This document shows positions 38,880-48,499 of a stretch of 64,000 nt of DNA, in pieces. Within the stretch, counting starts at the first letter, position 1. Each line of letters begins with the position of its first letter. Position numbers and translations under genes: made by a program. The stretch lies in contig CAXXRD010000001.1 in NCBI GenBank assembly GCA_963663895.2, positions 480,001 through 544,000 of the forward strand. Direction: 5' to 3'. The notes below the pieces were generated by a model. It saw nothing but the letters and a program-made list of their open reading frames with translations, searched no databases and was not told where the DNA came from. The DNA comes from Dehalococcoidia bacterium. GTDB taxonomy: Bacteria; Chloroflexota; Dehalococcoidia; Bin125.

Positions 38880-39880
38880 AGCTCGAGGCGAGTGCCAATC
38901 CCGCGCTCCCGCGCCCGCTGATAGGCGAGGTCAAAGACGACGACGTCGATCGCCGAGAGGCCGGTCGAGTCCATGAGCGTCACCTCATCGTCGTGCTCGC
39001 GGCCGGGCTTGTCCCCGTTGACGACCTCGCCCAACTCCGCGTGCACGTCGGCGTCCGTCATGCTGCCGTCCGCGAAGGTGTGCTGAATCTCTCCGCCGAT
39101 CTTGCACTGCTCCAGGCTGTCGACGACGACTTTGGCGCTGCGCACGACGGCGGGCGCGACCTCTTGTTTGCCGGACGCATCGGAACCGTAGGCGTTGATA
39201 TGCATCCCCGGACGAACGATCTCCGGGGTCACGCGCGGCTCCCGCGAGCGGCTGCTGGCATAGACGATGTCCGCTCCTTCGATGGCGGCGGCGGCCGTCT
39301 CAACCGCCTGGACATCCGCGCCGTGGCGCTCGCGCATCGCCAGCGCGAAGCGCTCGCGCATCGCCGCGGTCCGGCTCCAAACGCGAACGACGCCCGCACG
39401 GCCGTACTGCTCGACATGGGCGTTCAGCATGTGCCGCGCAAGGTTGCCGGTCCCGATCAAGGCCAGCCGCTCCGGGTTCGCGCGCGCCAGGTATTTCGAC
39501 GCGACGACGGACGAGGCGCCGGTGCGCATATTGGCCAAGTACTCCGCCTCCATGATCGCAACCGGCTCGCCGGTTTCCAGCTTGGTCAGCACGGCTACCG
39601 CAAACAGCCCCGAGATGCCGTGCTTCGCGGGGTTATCGCCGTAGCCGAAGCCCAGCGTGGAGCACAGCGTGGACACCGGATCCATCGTCGAGGCGCGGTA
39701 GTCGATGTCGCTGTTGGGGATCTTGGTGTGGAAGGCAACCATGGGCGAGAAGCTGGCGGGATTCTCGCCCGCCTTGCTCTTCACGAACAGCCCGTTGGCG
39801 CGCTCGGTCGCATCCAGCATCTCCCGCATGTGCAGGAGGGGCTCGATCTCGCGTCTGGAGAGGAAGAGGATCTCGGTCAT
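38876..39880 (-). CDS. Ornithine cyclodeaminase / mu-crystallin family
   Basis: TGEP.A.M, RTGA, IGTG..A, HINAYGSD..GKQE, ELGEVV.G..PGR, DSTG. Confidence 0.9.
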   Translation of the reverse strand: MTEILFLSRREIEPLLHMREMLDATERANGLFVKSKAGENPASFSPMVAFHTKIPNSDIDYRASTMDPVSTLCSTLGFGYGDNPAKHGISGLFAVAVLTKLETGEPVAIMEAEYLANMRTGASSVVASKYLARANPERLALIGTGNLARHMLNAHVEQYGRAGVVRVWSRTAAMRERFALAMRERHGADVQAVETAAAAIEGADIVYASSRSREPRVTPEIVRPGMHINAYGSDASGKQEVAPAVVRSAKVVVDSLEQCKIGGEIQHTFADGSMTDADVHAELGEVVNGDKPGREHDDEVTLMDSTGLSAIDVVVFDLAYQRARERGIGTRLEL

Positions 39881-40018
39881 GCGTCGCCCCACCTTGCGCC
39901 CTGCACCGGCGCACTGCCAGGCTAAGCCGTCAAGCCCGCCTGTCAAGCAGGCTCCCGCCGCCGTCAGGCCTGGCAAACTATGATCCGCTTGGCCGTGGCG
40001 AGCAGGAGGATGGATCGA

Positions 40019-40318
40019 ATGCCCGAGACGAGCACCCAGATTACTGTCACGAAAACCGCCAACGGCGAGTTTCAGGTCGACGTTCGCGACACCGAGGGCG
40101 AGACGCACCACGCCGTGCGGGCAGATGAAGCCACGATCGAGAAGTTCGGCCACGGGCAGCCGGCCGAAACCGTCGTCGAAACGTCGTTCCGCTTCCTCTT
40201 GGAGCGCGAGCCGAAGGTCTCGATCCTCGGGAACTTCGAACTCTCGATCATCGGCAGGTTCTTCCCCGAATACGAAGCCGAGATGGAGCGCCGCCTGGGC
40301 GGCGAGCCCACCGGCTGA
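40019..40318 (+). CDS. Small conserved hypothetical protein
   Basis: RBS GGAGG, host-like codon usage, SFRFLLEREP...IL..F.L..I..FFPEY motif; start 40010 or 40019. Confidence 0.7.
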   Translation: MPETSTQITVTKTANGEFQVDVRDTEGETHHAVRADEATIEKFGHGQPAETVVETSFRFLLEREPKVSILGNFELSIIGRFFPEYEAEMERRLGGEPTG

Positions 40319-40321
40319 TCC

Positions 40322-41962
40322 TCAGCCGAGGGGCAGACCCAACTGGGTAAGCGCGATATCGCGCAGCTTGAACTTCTGCACCTTGCCGCTCGAGGTCATC
40401 GGGTACTCGTCCAGAAAGAGGACGTGACGCGGGATCTTGAAGGTCGCGACCTTGCCCTTGCAGTGGGCAATCAGCTCGGCGGCGTCGAGCTGAGCGCCGG
40501 GCTTGAGGCGCACGCAGGCGCAGGCGACTTCAGCCAGCCGCTCGTCCGACACGCCCACAACCGCCACCTGGGCGACGGCTTCGTGAGTCAGCACGAGCGC
40601 CTCCACCTCCGCCGCATCCACGTTCTCGCCGCCCACCTTCAGCATGTCCTTGTAGCGGCCGAGGAAACGGATCGTGCCGTCCGCGCGCTCAATCCCGCGG
40701 TCGCCCGTGTGCATCCAGCCTTCGCCGTCGATCGCCTTGGCCGTTTCCTCGGGCTTCTTGTAGTACCCCTGCATCACGCCGTAGCCATGGACCAGGATCT
40801 CGCCCGGCGTCCCGTGCGGCTGCTCGGCGCCGGTGTCGGGATCGATCACGCGGAACGTGTAGCCCGGCATGGGCGCGCCGGACATCGTGCAGCGGTCGTC
40901 CTCGCTATCGAGGGGGAAGCTCTGCGCCGCGCAGTTGTGCAGCTCGGTCATGCCGTAGGCGCTGATCGTGTCGCACAAGAGCTGCTGAGCGCGGCGCGCC
41001 GTCGGCTCGGAGCTGGCGAGGCCAGCGCTGCAGATTCCGGAACGGATCGTCGATCGGTCGGTCTTCTCCAGATCGGGGTGGTTCATCAGCTCACGGAAGT
41101 GGGTATCGAAGCCATGAATCAACGCGATCCGTTCCGCTTCGATTAGGCGGAGCGCCTCCCCCGCCTCGAACCGTTCCATCAGCACCTGCCGCGCGCCGCT
41201 CACCACGGACATGTAGGGGCCCTCATACAGTCCGAAGGCGTGGAAGAGCGGCAGGTAGGTGAGGATGGCATCGGGCGGGCGAATCGCCTGACGGCTCGCC
41301 TGGTCCGTGACGTTGCGCAGAAGGTCATGGCAGTGCATGACGCCCTTGGGAAAGCCGGTCGTTCCGGAGGTGTAGAGCATGATCGTGGTCGCATCTGGAT
41401 CGACCGACTCTTGCCGGGCACGCCGGTCCGCTTCCGGCACCGCTTCCCCGCCCTCCACGACGTCCGTCCAGCGCAGCGTGCCGGGAGAGAGCGCCTCGTC
41501 CACGACGATGACGCGCCGCAACTCCGGAAAATCCTGCGACTGCAGGGCGGCGGGGGCGGCGATCGCATCCAACTCGGGGATCAGGACGCGCACCATCGAC
41601 AGGTAGTCGATCGGGCCGGACCGGCGCGCGGTGATCAACGTGGTGGCATCCGACTGCCGGACCACGTACTCCAAGTCGTTCGTGCGGAAGCGGGTGTTGA
41701 TCGGCACCAGCACCGCCCCGACCTTCGCCGCCGCGAAGAGGATGTGAATCCATTCAGGCCGGTTGTCGAGCCAGAGGGCAACCTTGTCGCCCGGCTGCAC
41801 CCCGGCTTGGATCAGTCCCCGAGCGGCGCGGTCGCAATCGTCGCGCAGCGCCGCGAAGCTCCAGCGCCGCCCTTCGAAGAAGAGCGCTTCCAGGTCGCCC
41901 CAGCGCTGCGCGGCGCGATCGACCGCATCGCCGACCGTTAGCTTGTCGATCCAGCGACTCAT
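40322..41962 (-). CDS. Acyl-CoA synthetase (AMP-binding)
   Basis: YTSGTTGFPKG, AYGMTE, WMHTGD, GRYKDMLKVGGEN, PMTSSGKVQK. Confidence 0.93.
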   Translation of the reverse strand: MSRWIDKLTVGDAVDRAAQRWGDLEALFFEGRRWSFAALRDDCDRAARGLIQAGVQPGDKVALWLDNRPEWIHILFAAAKVGAVLVPINTRFRTNDLEYVVRQSDATTLITARRSGPIDYLSMVRVLIPELDAIAAPAALQSQDFPELRRVIVVDEALSPGTLRWTDVVEGGEAVPEADRRARQESVDPDATTIMLYTSGTTGFPKGVMHCHDLLRNVTDQASRQAIRPPDAILTYLPLFHAFGLYEGPYMSVVSGARQVLMERFEAGEALRLIEAERIALIHGFDTHFRELMNHPDLEKTDRSTIRSGICSAGLASSEPTARRAQQLLCDTISAYGMTELHNCAAQSFPLDSEDDRCTMSGAPMPGYTFRVIDPDTGAEQPHGTPGEILVHGYGVMQGYYKKPEETAKAIDGEGWMHTGDRGIERADGTIRFLGRYKDMLKVGGENVDAAEVEALVLTHEAVAQVAVVGVSDERLAEVACACVRLKPGAQLDAAELIAHCKGKVATFKIPRHVLFLDEYPMTSSGKVQKFKLRDIALTQLGLPLG

Positions 41963-42035
41963 GATGCCTCCGTAGCAGCCCCCTCGCACGTGTCCGAACG
42001 TCCGAGCTGGCGGCCTATTCTATCGATCCGCTGCG

Positions 42036-42977
42036 CTAGGCGATCAGGATCACGCCCACAACGGCGAGCACCGTGCCCACCGCCACCCAGATGGTGATCC
42101 GCTCCCGCAGGAAGAACGCGCCAATGGGCAACGCCATGAGCGGCGCCAAGGAGTACAGAATGACGGTCCGGCCCGTGCCGATCTCCTCCAGTGCGACGAT
42201 GAAGAGCAGGCCCGCAACGCCATTCGCCAGCACGCCCGACACCAGCAGGATCGTCAGAGAGCGTCTGCCGATGGCGAGCCGACGCAGGTTGGACTCCGGC
42301 TGCATCATGGCCGCCACCAGCAGCACGGCCGCCGCGACCGGCAGCCGCGCGGTGCCGACCGCGGACTCGTCGAATTGATCGCCCGCGGCTTGGAGCCACA
42401 CCGCGGCGGCGCCCCAGGCAAGGCCGTTGAGCGCCGCCAGCACGATGCCGAGCTGCAGCGTAGGCCGGACTCGACCGATCAAGGGGAGGCGCACATCGGC
42501 AGCGCCGTAGGGCAAGATGTGCGGGCTGCCTTCGACGCCGGCGGCCCGCGCCCGGCCGTGCAGCACGACGAGGTACACCCCTACGAGAACGAGAATGGAT
42601 CCCACCGCGACATCCCAGTGGACGGCCTCACCGAGAAAAACCGCGGCTAAGAGGAAGGCAAAAAGGTTGTAGAGCACCACCACCGTGGTAAAGGCGCGCG
42701 TCATGCCGATCGTCGCGACGGCGGCAGCGTAGAGACTCTCCCCAATCGCCAGCGCCAGCAGACCGATCGCGGCCAATTCCGCGAACTCGGTGAGGCTCAT
42801 GCGGCCGAAATCGCCGGCCGCACCGACCGCGAAGATCACGACGAGAAAGAAGGCCAGCGCCGAGATGAGCCGCAGGGTGCTGGCGGACAGCGTATCGACG
42901 CGTTCCGCTTGCGAGGCGAGCAGCGCGCTGGAGATCGCCCAGCTCGCCGCTCCAGCCAGCGCGACCGCTACGCCCAC
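42036..42977 (-). CDS. EamA/DMT family transporter
   Basis: About 10 TM helices in two repeats ending FLGE / FLRERI. Confidence 0.85.
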   Translation of the reverse strand: MGVAVALAGAASWAISSALLASQAERVDTLSASTLRLISALAFFLVVIFAVGAAGDFGRMSLTEFAELAAIGLLALAIGESLYAAAVATIGMTRAFTTVVVLYNLFAFLLAAVFLGEAVHWDVAVGSILVLVGVYLVVLHGRARAAGVEGSPHILPYGAADVRLPLIGRVRPTLQLGIVLAALNGLAWGAAAVWLQAAGDQFDESAVGTARLPVAAAVLLVAAMMQPESNLRRLAIGRRSLTILLVSGVLANGVAGLLFIVALEEIGTGRTVILYSLAPLMALPIGAFFLRERITIWVAVGTVLAVVGVILIA

Positions 42978-43147
42978 ACCCGCTCCGTCCTCCGCGCCGC
43001 GGCCGGCTGTTCGTCACGCGTGTGACCAGCGTCGCGCCACCAGTGTAAGGGCGGGTGACCGTACGCGCGCTGCGTGATGATCGCTTGCAGCGTCGATCGG
43101 CGACTCCTAGCATTCCCGCGCCCCCCATACCTGCGAAGGAGTGCGGC

Positions 43148-44062
43148 ATGGAGACGATCCGGTTCCCCAGCGGCGGCGTGACCTGTGCCGGCGACCTCTA
43201 TCTGCCCGAGGGCGCCTCCGCCGATTCCCCCAGGCCGGGAATCGTCCTGGGCCACGGTTTCACCATCACCAAGCAGTCGCTGACCGAAGAAGCAACGTTT
43301 CTCAGCAGCAACGGCTACGTCTGTCTCGCCATCGACTACCGCACCTTTGGTGAAAGCGACGGCGAGCCGCGCGGGCAGTTATTCCCGCTCAACGAGGCCG
43401 AGGACATCCGTAACGCGGTGAGCTACCTGCAGCACCGGCCGGAGGTCGATGCGGAGAAGATCGGCTTCTGGGGCGCTAGCTTCGGCGGGGCGCTGGCGAT
43501 CTACACAGCCGGCGTCGACCGGCGCATCAAGGCGTCCGTCGCGGTCGTGCCGGTGATTAACGGCCGCCGCTGGCTGCAAGCGCTGAAGACCAGCGCGGAG
43601 TGGGAGGAGTTGCTCGATCGTCTGGAGGCCGATCGCGACCGCCGCTACCAAACGGGCGAGAGCGAGCGCATCCCATCCACCGGCCGCAGCCGCCGCGCGG
43701 CGCTCACGCTGACCGATCGCACGGTCCAAGCCTTCCAGTCGGCCGTCGAGAAGCTCGGCAAGATGCCCGTGGTGAACGACCTGGAGGTCACGGTCGAATC
43801 CCTGGAGAAGATCATCGAGTTCAGCCCCGACGACGTGATCCAGCATATCGGCCCCCGGGCGCTCATGATCATCACGACCTCCGGCTGGGACGTGGTCCAC
43901 CTCCTCGAACACATCCAAGACGCCTACGCGAAGGCGAACGAGCCCAAGAAACTCGTCTTGCTGCCCTATACGGAGCTAGACTTCTATATGGAGCCGGGCC
44001 GCAGCACGGGGCTGCGCCACGCGCTGGAGTGGTACAACCAGCACATCCCCATCGGCGGCTAG
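43148..44062 (+). CDS. Alpha/beta hydrolase (S9/S15-like)
   Basis: GDLYLP, LGHGF, DYRTFGESDG.PR, G-A-S-F-G-G elbow. Confidence 0.88.
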   Translation: METIRFPSGGVTCAGDLYLPEGASADSPRPGIVLGHGFTITKQSLTEEATFLSSNGYVCLAIDYRTFGESDGEPRGQLFPLNEAEDIRNAVSYLQHRPEVDAEKIGFWGASFGGALAIYTAGVDRRIKASVAVVPVINGRRWLQALKTSAEWEELLDRLEADRDRRYQTGESERIPSTGRSRRAALTLTDRTVQAFQSAVEKLGKMPVVNDLEVTVESLEKIIEFSPDDVIQHIGPRALMIITTSGWDVVHLLEHIQDAYAKANEPKKLVLLPYTELDFYMEPGRSTGLRHALEWYNQHIPIGG

Positions 44063-44113
44063 CAGCGCGCTCCCACCCGTCTCCCCGTCCGATCGTCACC
44101 GGAAGGATGCACC

Positions 44114-44938
44114 ATGCCCGGACAGAGCGAGCCCATTCTCTACGAACAGGAAGGCGCCATCGTCACGGTCACGCTCAACCGCCCCGAGGTCATGAACAAC
44201 TTCGGCGGCGGCTTGATCGAGGGACTCGCGGCCGCCGCCGACCGCTTCGACGCCGACCCCTCGGCGCACGTCATGATCCTGACGGGCAACGGCCGCGCCT
44301 TCTGCGCCGGCGCGGACCTGAAGGCCGCCGAGCAGCGTATCCGCGAAGGGGGATCGGTCTCGGACCCCTCGTCGGCAGGGGCGCGACAGCGCGAGGCATT
44401 CTTTGAAAACCCCAAATTCGTCCGGCGGACGAATCTCTTCAAGCCGATGATCGGCGCCATCAACGGCTACTGCGTAGCGGGGGGGCTCGAAGTGGCGCTG
44501 GCCTGCCACTTCCTGATCGGCGCCGAGAGCTCCAAGTACGGGATCCTCACGCGGCGCTGGGGCGGCCCCACGGTCGACGGCGGGACCTACCGTCTTCCAC
44601 TCTGGGTGGGCCTCGGCAACGCGCTTTACCTGCTGCAAACCGGGAAGCAGATCGACGCCCAGGAGGCGTTCCGCATCGGCTTGATCCAAGAGGTGGTCCC
44701 CGACGACGAGCTTCTGCCGCGCGCGCGTGCGATCGCCGAGAACCTGGCCACCGTGCCGCAAGGGGCATTGGTGGGAGATACCGAGGCGACGCTGCGGGGG
44801 CTCGGCCGTCGATACGACGACGGGCTCGCGCTGGAGGCCGTCATCGCCAGCACCGTGCACATGTCGGGCGAAGCCGTGGGGCGCTTTGTACGCAAGGACT
44901 ACGACCCAGAAACGGGCCAGTCGAAAGCATCCGGCTAA
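44114..44938 (+). CDS. Enoyl-CoA hydratase/isomerase family
   Basis: TLNRPEVMN, AFCAGADL, KPMIGAING...GGLE, A.EA..IGL. Confidence 0.92.
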   Translation: MPGQSEPILYEQEGAIVTVTLNRPEVMNNFGGGLIEGLAAAADRFDADPSAHVMILTGNGRAFCAGADLKAAEQRIREGGSVSDPSSAGARQREAFFENPKFVRRTNLFKPMIGAINGYCVAGGLEVALACHFLIGAESSKYGILTRRWGGPTVDGGTYRLPLWVGLGNALYLLQTGKQIDAQEAFRIGLIQEVVPDDELLPRARAIAENLATVPQGALVGDTEATLRGLGRRYDDGLALEAVIASTVHMSGEAVGRFVRKDYDPETGQSKASG

Positions 44939-44971
44939 CAGCTGGCCTCACCGAAGAAACCGAGGCGAGAG

Positions 44972-45961
44972 CTAGCCTTCCGCCGCCGCCGCGATCACGG
45001 CGGCGATGACGGCTTCGGCCGGGAAGGCCGACACCAGGGTGCCGTTCACGAAGATCGTGGGGGTGCCCCGAACGCCGTAGGCCGCCGCGATCTCCCCATC
45101 TTCCGTGATCCGTGGGAGATGCATCTCGCTCTGCAGACAGCCGCTGAACGCGCTCGTGTCCAGTCCGAGATCGGCCGCGATCTGCAGAAGGTGCTCGTCC
45201 ACCGGCACGCTGCCGCGGCGCCGTTCAAAGATCTGGTCGTGGAAGGGCCAGAACGCTCCCTGATCCGCCGCGCACTCCGTCGCCAGAGCGGCCTGCACAC
45301 TGTTCTCGCCGAAACGGATCTGATGCCGGTAGGTGAGCTTGGCGATCCCGGTTCGGACAAGCTGCTCAAAGAGGACCGGCTCAACCTGAGCCGCCCAATT
45401 CCTGCAGGCTCCTCACTGGAAGTCGCTGAAGTCGATGATCTCGACCGTGGCCTCCTCGAAACCAACCGTCTTGCGGTCGACGGGCACGCCATCGTGGAGA
45501 GCAGCCACTCGTGGCTCCACGACGGGCTCCTCAGGCGGCGCTGGCGTTTTGATCGCTTCCGCTTCCGCGATCCCGGCCTCTTCCGAAGGGGGCGCGTCGG
45601 CTTGAGGCTCCGAAGCACCCACCTCGGGGGCATCCGGCGCGCCGTACGCTGGGGTCTCCGCCACGGCCGGCGCGCTGGGCTCCGCCGTCGCCACGGCCGG
45701 CGCACCCGCCTCTTCATCCGCCGCGGCAGGGACACTCGACTCCTCAGCCGCCACGGCCGGCGCGTCCGGCTCCTCGGCCGCCACGGCCGGCGCACCCGCC
45801 TCCTCGGTCGCCGCAGGCGGCGCGCTCGGCTCCCCATCCGTCACGGCCAGCGCGCCCGACTTCTCCGCACCGCCGCCGCAGGCCGTCACGACGAGGACCG
45901 CGAGAGCAATGCAAGATCCGAGTAGGATCGTCTTGGGCGCCGCGAACAGTCGATCGCGCAT
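44972..45961 (-). CDS. DsbA/thioredoxin-fold lipoprotein, selenoprotein with a UxxC active site (Sec TGA at 45413-45415)
   Basis: ORFs 45413-45964 and 44972-45298 are in frame across a single TGA: FSDFQ-U-GAC...AADQG.FW..HD...GVRGTPTIFVNG; lipobox VTAC. Confidence 0.88.
45372..45403 (-). promoter_or_regulatory. Bacterial SECIS-like hairpin
   Basis: mRNA AGGA..CGGCUCA-GGU-UGAGCCG..UCCU; the apical loop contains G and starts 26 nt after UGA. Confidence 0.75.
45661..45860. repeat. ~7 x 30-bp tandem repeat encoding an APAVAAEE-type linker
   Basis: CCACGGCCGGCGC-like unit at 45661, 45691, 45721, 45751, 45781, 45811, 45841. Confidence 0.85.
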
Positions 45962-46258
45962 CACCGATCAACTATATCCCATCTATCCCACGCTCAACCC
46001 CGCGATTGCGTCCAACGCCCGCCCTAATATGGGACCGTTGCGTGTTGAAGATGAGCAAGGACCGCGACCAGATTGGGCAAGCCACGAGCCGGCGTTGCGC
46101 ACCCGGGGAGTACCACCAGGCAATGCGCTGGAGACGCTGAGAGGGGGACCTTTGGCAGCGAGGCAGGCGACGGCGCTCCCAAACCAGGAAGTCGGAGAGG
46201 CTTCCCTGACATGCGCATCCTTCCCCAGCGATCCGCTCAACGCCGCGGCAGGTGAGCG

Positions 46259-47494
46259 ATGAGCGGCGTGCTGCGCGGCCTCCGCGTGATCGAGGGCTCC
46301 GCCTTCGTCGCCGCGCCCAGCGCCGGCATGACGCTGGCGCAGCTCGGCGCCGAGGTGATCCGCTTCGATCCCGTCGGCGGCGGGCTGGATTATCGACGCT
46401 GGCCGCTCGGCGAGGGCGGCGCAAGTCTGTATTGGGCGGGTCTCAACAAAGGCAAGCGCTCCATCGCGATCGATTTGCGCCGCCCCGCCGGCCGGGAGCT
46501 CGCCGCCGCCCTCATCACGGCGCCCGGCGCCGGCGCCGGTCTCTTCCTCACCAACTTCCCCGCCAGCGGGTGGCTCGACTATGAGGCGCTGCGTGCAGGC
46601 AGGCCGGACCTGATCATGGTCAACATCCAGGGCAACCCGGACGGATCGTCGGAGGTCGACTACACGGTCAACCCGGCCACGGGCTTGCCGGCGCTCACGG
46701 GGCCAGCCGACGATCCAGCCCCGGTCAACCACGTGCTGCCCGCCTGGGATCTCCTGACCGGACAGGCGGCCGTGGTGGCCCTGCTCGCCGCCGAGCGACA
46801 GCGGCGGCAGACCGGCGAGGGGCAATTGGTGCAGATCGCCCTCTCCGATATCGCGCTGGGCGCGATGGGCGCCCTCGGGTTCCTGGCCGAGCACGAAGCC
46901 TCGGCCGAGATGCGACCCCGCTACGGCAACGACCTCTACGGCGCCTTCGGCCGCGACTTCGCGACCAAAGACGGCCGGCGAGTGATGATCGTCGCGATCA
47001 CGCCACGGCAGTGGGATGCGCTGGTGCGGGTCACGGGCATTGAGGAGAGCGCCGCCGCGATCGAGCGCGACCGGAGCCTCGATCTCAGCGACGCCGGTGA
47101 TCGCTTTCGCGCGACGGACGCCATCGCCGCCCTGCTCGCGCCCTGGTGCGCCGCCCGCACGCTGCCGGAGGTGCGCCGCGCGTTCAAGGAAGGAGGCGTG
47201 GCCTGGGGGCCCTATCAGACGATCCCCCAACTCCTGGCCGACGATCCCCGCTGTTCCACGGAAAACCCGCTGTTCGAGCTGGTCGACCAGCCCGGCATCG
47301 GGCCGACGCTCACGCCCGGGTCCCCCCTGGCGTGGAGCGGCATCCCTCGCGCCGCGCCCGCGCCCGCGCCCACGCTCGGCGCGGATACCGACGCGATCCT
47401 GCGCGAGGTGCTGCAACTGAGCGACGCGGCAGTGCGCCGTCTGCACGACGACGGCGTGGTCGCCGGCAGCGACCCGGTCACGGCTCATGGCTGA
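46259..47494 (+). CDS. mct: Mesaconyl-CoA C1-C4 CoA transferase (2-methylfumaryl-CoA isomerase)
   Basis: LRVIEGSAFVAAP..GMTLAQLGAEVIRFD..GGGLDY.RWP, VDYTVN, PVNHVLPAWD, RYGNDLYGAFGRDF, recalled as typical of Mct. Confidence 0.85.
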   Translation: MSGVLRGLRVIEGSAFVAAPSAGMTLAQLGAEVIRFDPVGGGLDYRRWPLGEGGASLYWAGLNKGKRSIAIDLRRPAGRELAAALITAPGAGAGLFLTNFPASGWLDYEALRAGRPDLIMVNIQGNPDGSSEVDYTVNPATGLPALTGPADDPAPVNHVLPAWDLLTGQAAVVALLAAERQRRQTGEGQLVQIALSDIALGAMGALGFLAEHEASAEMRPRYGNDLYGAFGRDFATKDGRRVMIVAITPRQWDALVRVTGIEESAAAIERDRSLDLSDAGDRFRATDAIAALLAPWCAARTLPEVRRAFKEGGVAWGPYQTIPQLLADDPRCSTENPLFELVDQPGIGPTLTPGSPLAWSGIPRAAPAPAPTLGADTDAILREVLQLSDAAVRRLHDDGVVAGSDPVTAHG

Positions 47495-48359
47495 CGACGA
47501 CCGTCAATCGAGCGGCCCCGCCGACTACCGCGATTGGATCGGCCGGGAATGCCTGGAGCACGATACCGTCGCGCTGCAGCCGGTCCGCCGTCTCCTCGCC
47601 ACGCTCGACGATACGGACACGCAGCTCAACCTCGGCGATCCGCTGCCGCCGCTGTGGCACTGGCTGTTCTTTCTTCCCGAGGCGCCGCAGCGGGAGCTGG
47701 GCGCGGACGGTCATCCGCCCCGGGGCGGCTTCCTGCCGTCCGTCCCGCTGCCGCGGCGGATGTGGGCGGGCGGGCGTCTCCGCTTCCACCGCGCCGTGCC
47801 CATCGGGACGCCCCTGCGCCGGCTGGGCCGCGTGGCGGAGATCGCCGAGAAGACGGGCCGGACGGGGCCCCTCGTCTTCGCGACGGTCGACTACCGGCTT
47901 CTCGACGGCGACGCCCTGTGCATCGAGGAGCGCCAAGAGATCGTCTATCGCGACTTCGGCCCGCCGCTGGCGCCGCCGGAGCCTGCGCCCGCGCCGCCGG
48001 AAGCGCCGGCGGGCGCCTGGAGCCGCGAGGTGACGCCCGACCCGCGCCTGCTCTTCCGCTACTCGGCGCTGACCTTCAACGCCCACCGCATCCACTACGA
48101 CCGCTCCTACACCGTGGAGCGGGAGGGCTACCCCGCTCTCGTCGTCCACGGCCCCCTGATCGCCACCTTGCTCTTGGATCTGGTGCGCCGCAACAGCGAC
48201 CGCGCCGTGGCGCAGTTCGACTACCGGGCCAAGGCGCCGATCTTCGACACGCATCCATTCCGGCTGCTGGGCGTTCCCCACGCAGGAGAGCGCGTCGCAT
48301 TGACCGCGATCCGCTGCGACGGAGCGGTCGCGATGTCGGCGGAGGCGCTCCTTCGCTGA
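47487..48359 (+). CDS. meh: Mesaconyl-C4-CoA hydratase / itaconyl-CoA hydratase (double hot-dog)
   Basis: LPPLWHW, LG.DGHP.RG.F, PRRMWAGG, LFRYSALTFNAHRIHYD, LVVHGPL; overlaps the end of mct. Confidence 0.82.
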   Translation: MADDDRQSSGPADYRDWIGRECLEHDTVALQPVRRLLATLDDTDTQLNLGDPLPPLWHWLFFLPEAPQRELGADGHPPRGGFLPSVPLPRRMWAGGRLRFHRAVPIGTPLRRLGRVAEIAEKTGRTGPLVFATVDYRLLDGDALCIEERQEIVYRDFGPPLAPPEPAPAPPEAPAGAWSREVTPDPRLLFRYSALTFNAHRIHYDRSYTVEREGYPALVVHGPLIATLLLDLVRRNSDRAVAQFDYRAKAPIFDTHPFRLLGVPHAGERVALTAIRCDGAVAMSAEALLR

Positions 48360-48499
48360 CGGGCGCGCGCAGGGCCCTGCGGCCTCCAGGGTCCTGCCCC
48401 GCCCCCAGATCCAGACGGCGTTCACCCAGGCAGGCGACCACAGGGCGCGGCTCGGCTAGCCTAGAAGAGATAGATCTCGGCCCGGAGAGAGGATGCGCT

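Noticed and set aside
45413-45415. Nonsense mutation making dsbA a pseudogene
   Set aside because: The stop falls exactly at the catalytic Cys position and has a SECIS-like hairpin, so Sec recoding is more parsimonious.
45965-46258. Riboswitch upstream of mct (GCTGAGA, GGAGA words)
   Set aside because: The remaining TPP or glycine consensus elements are absent.
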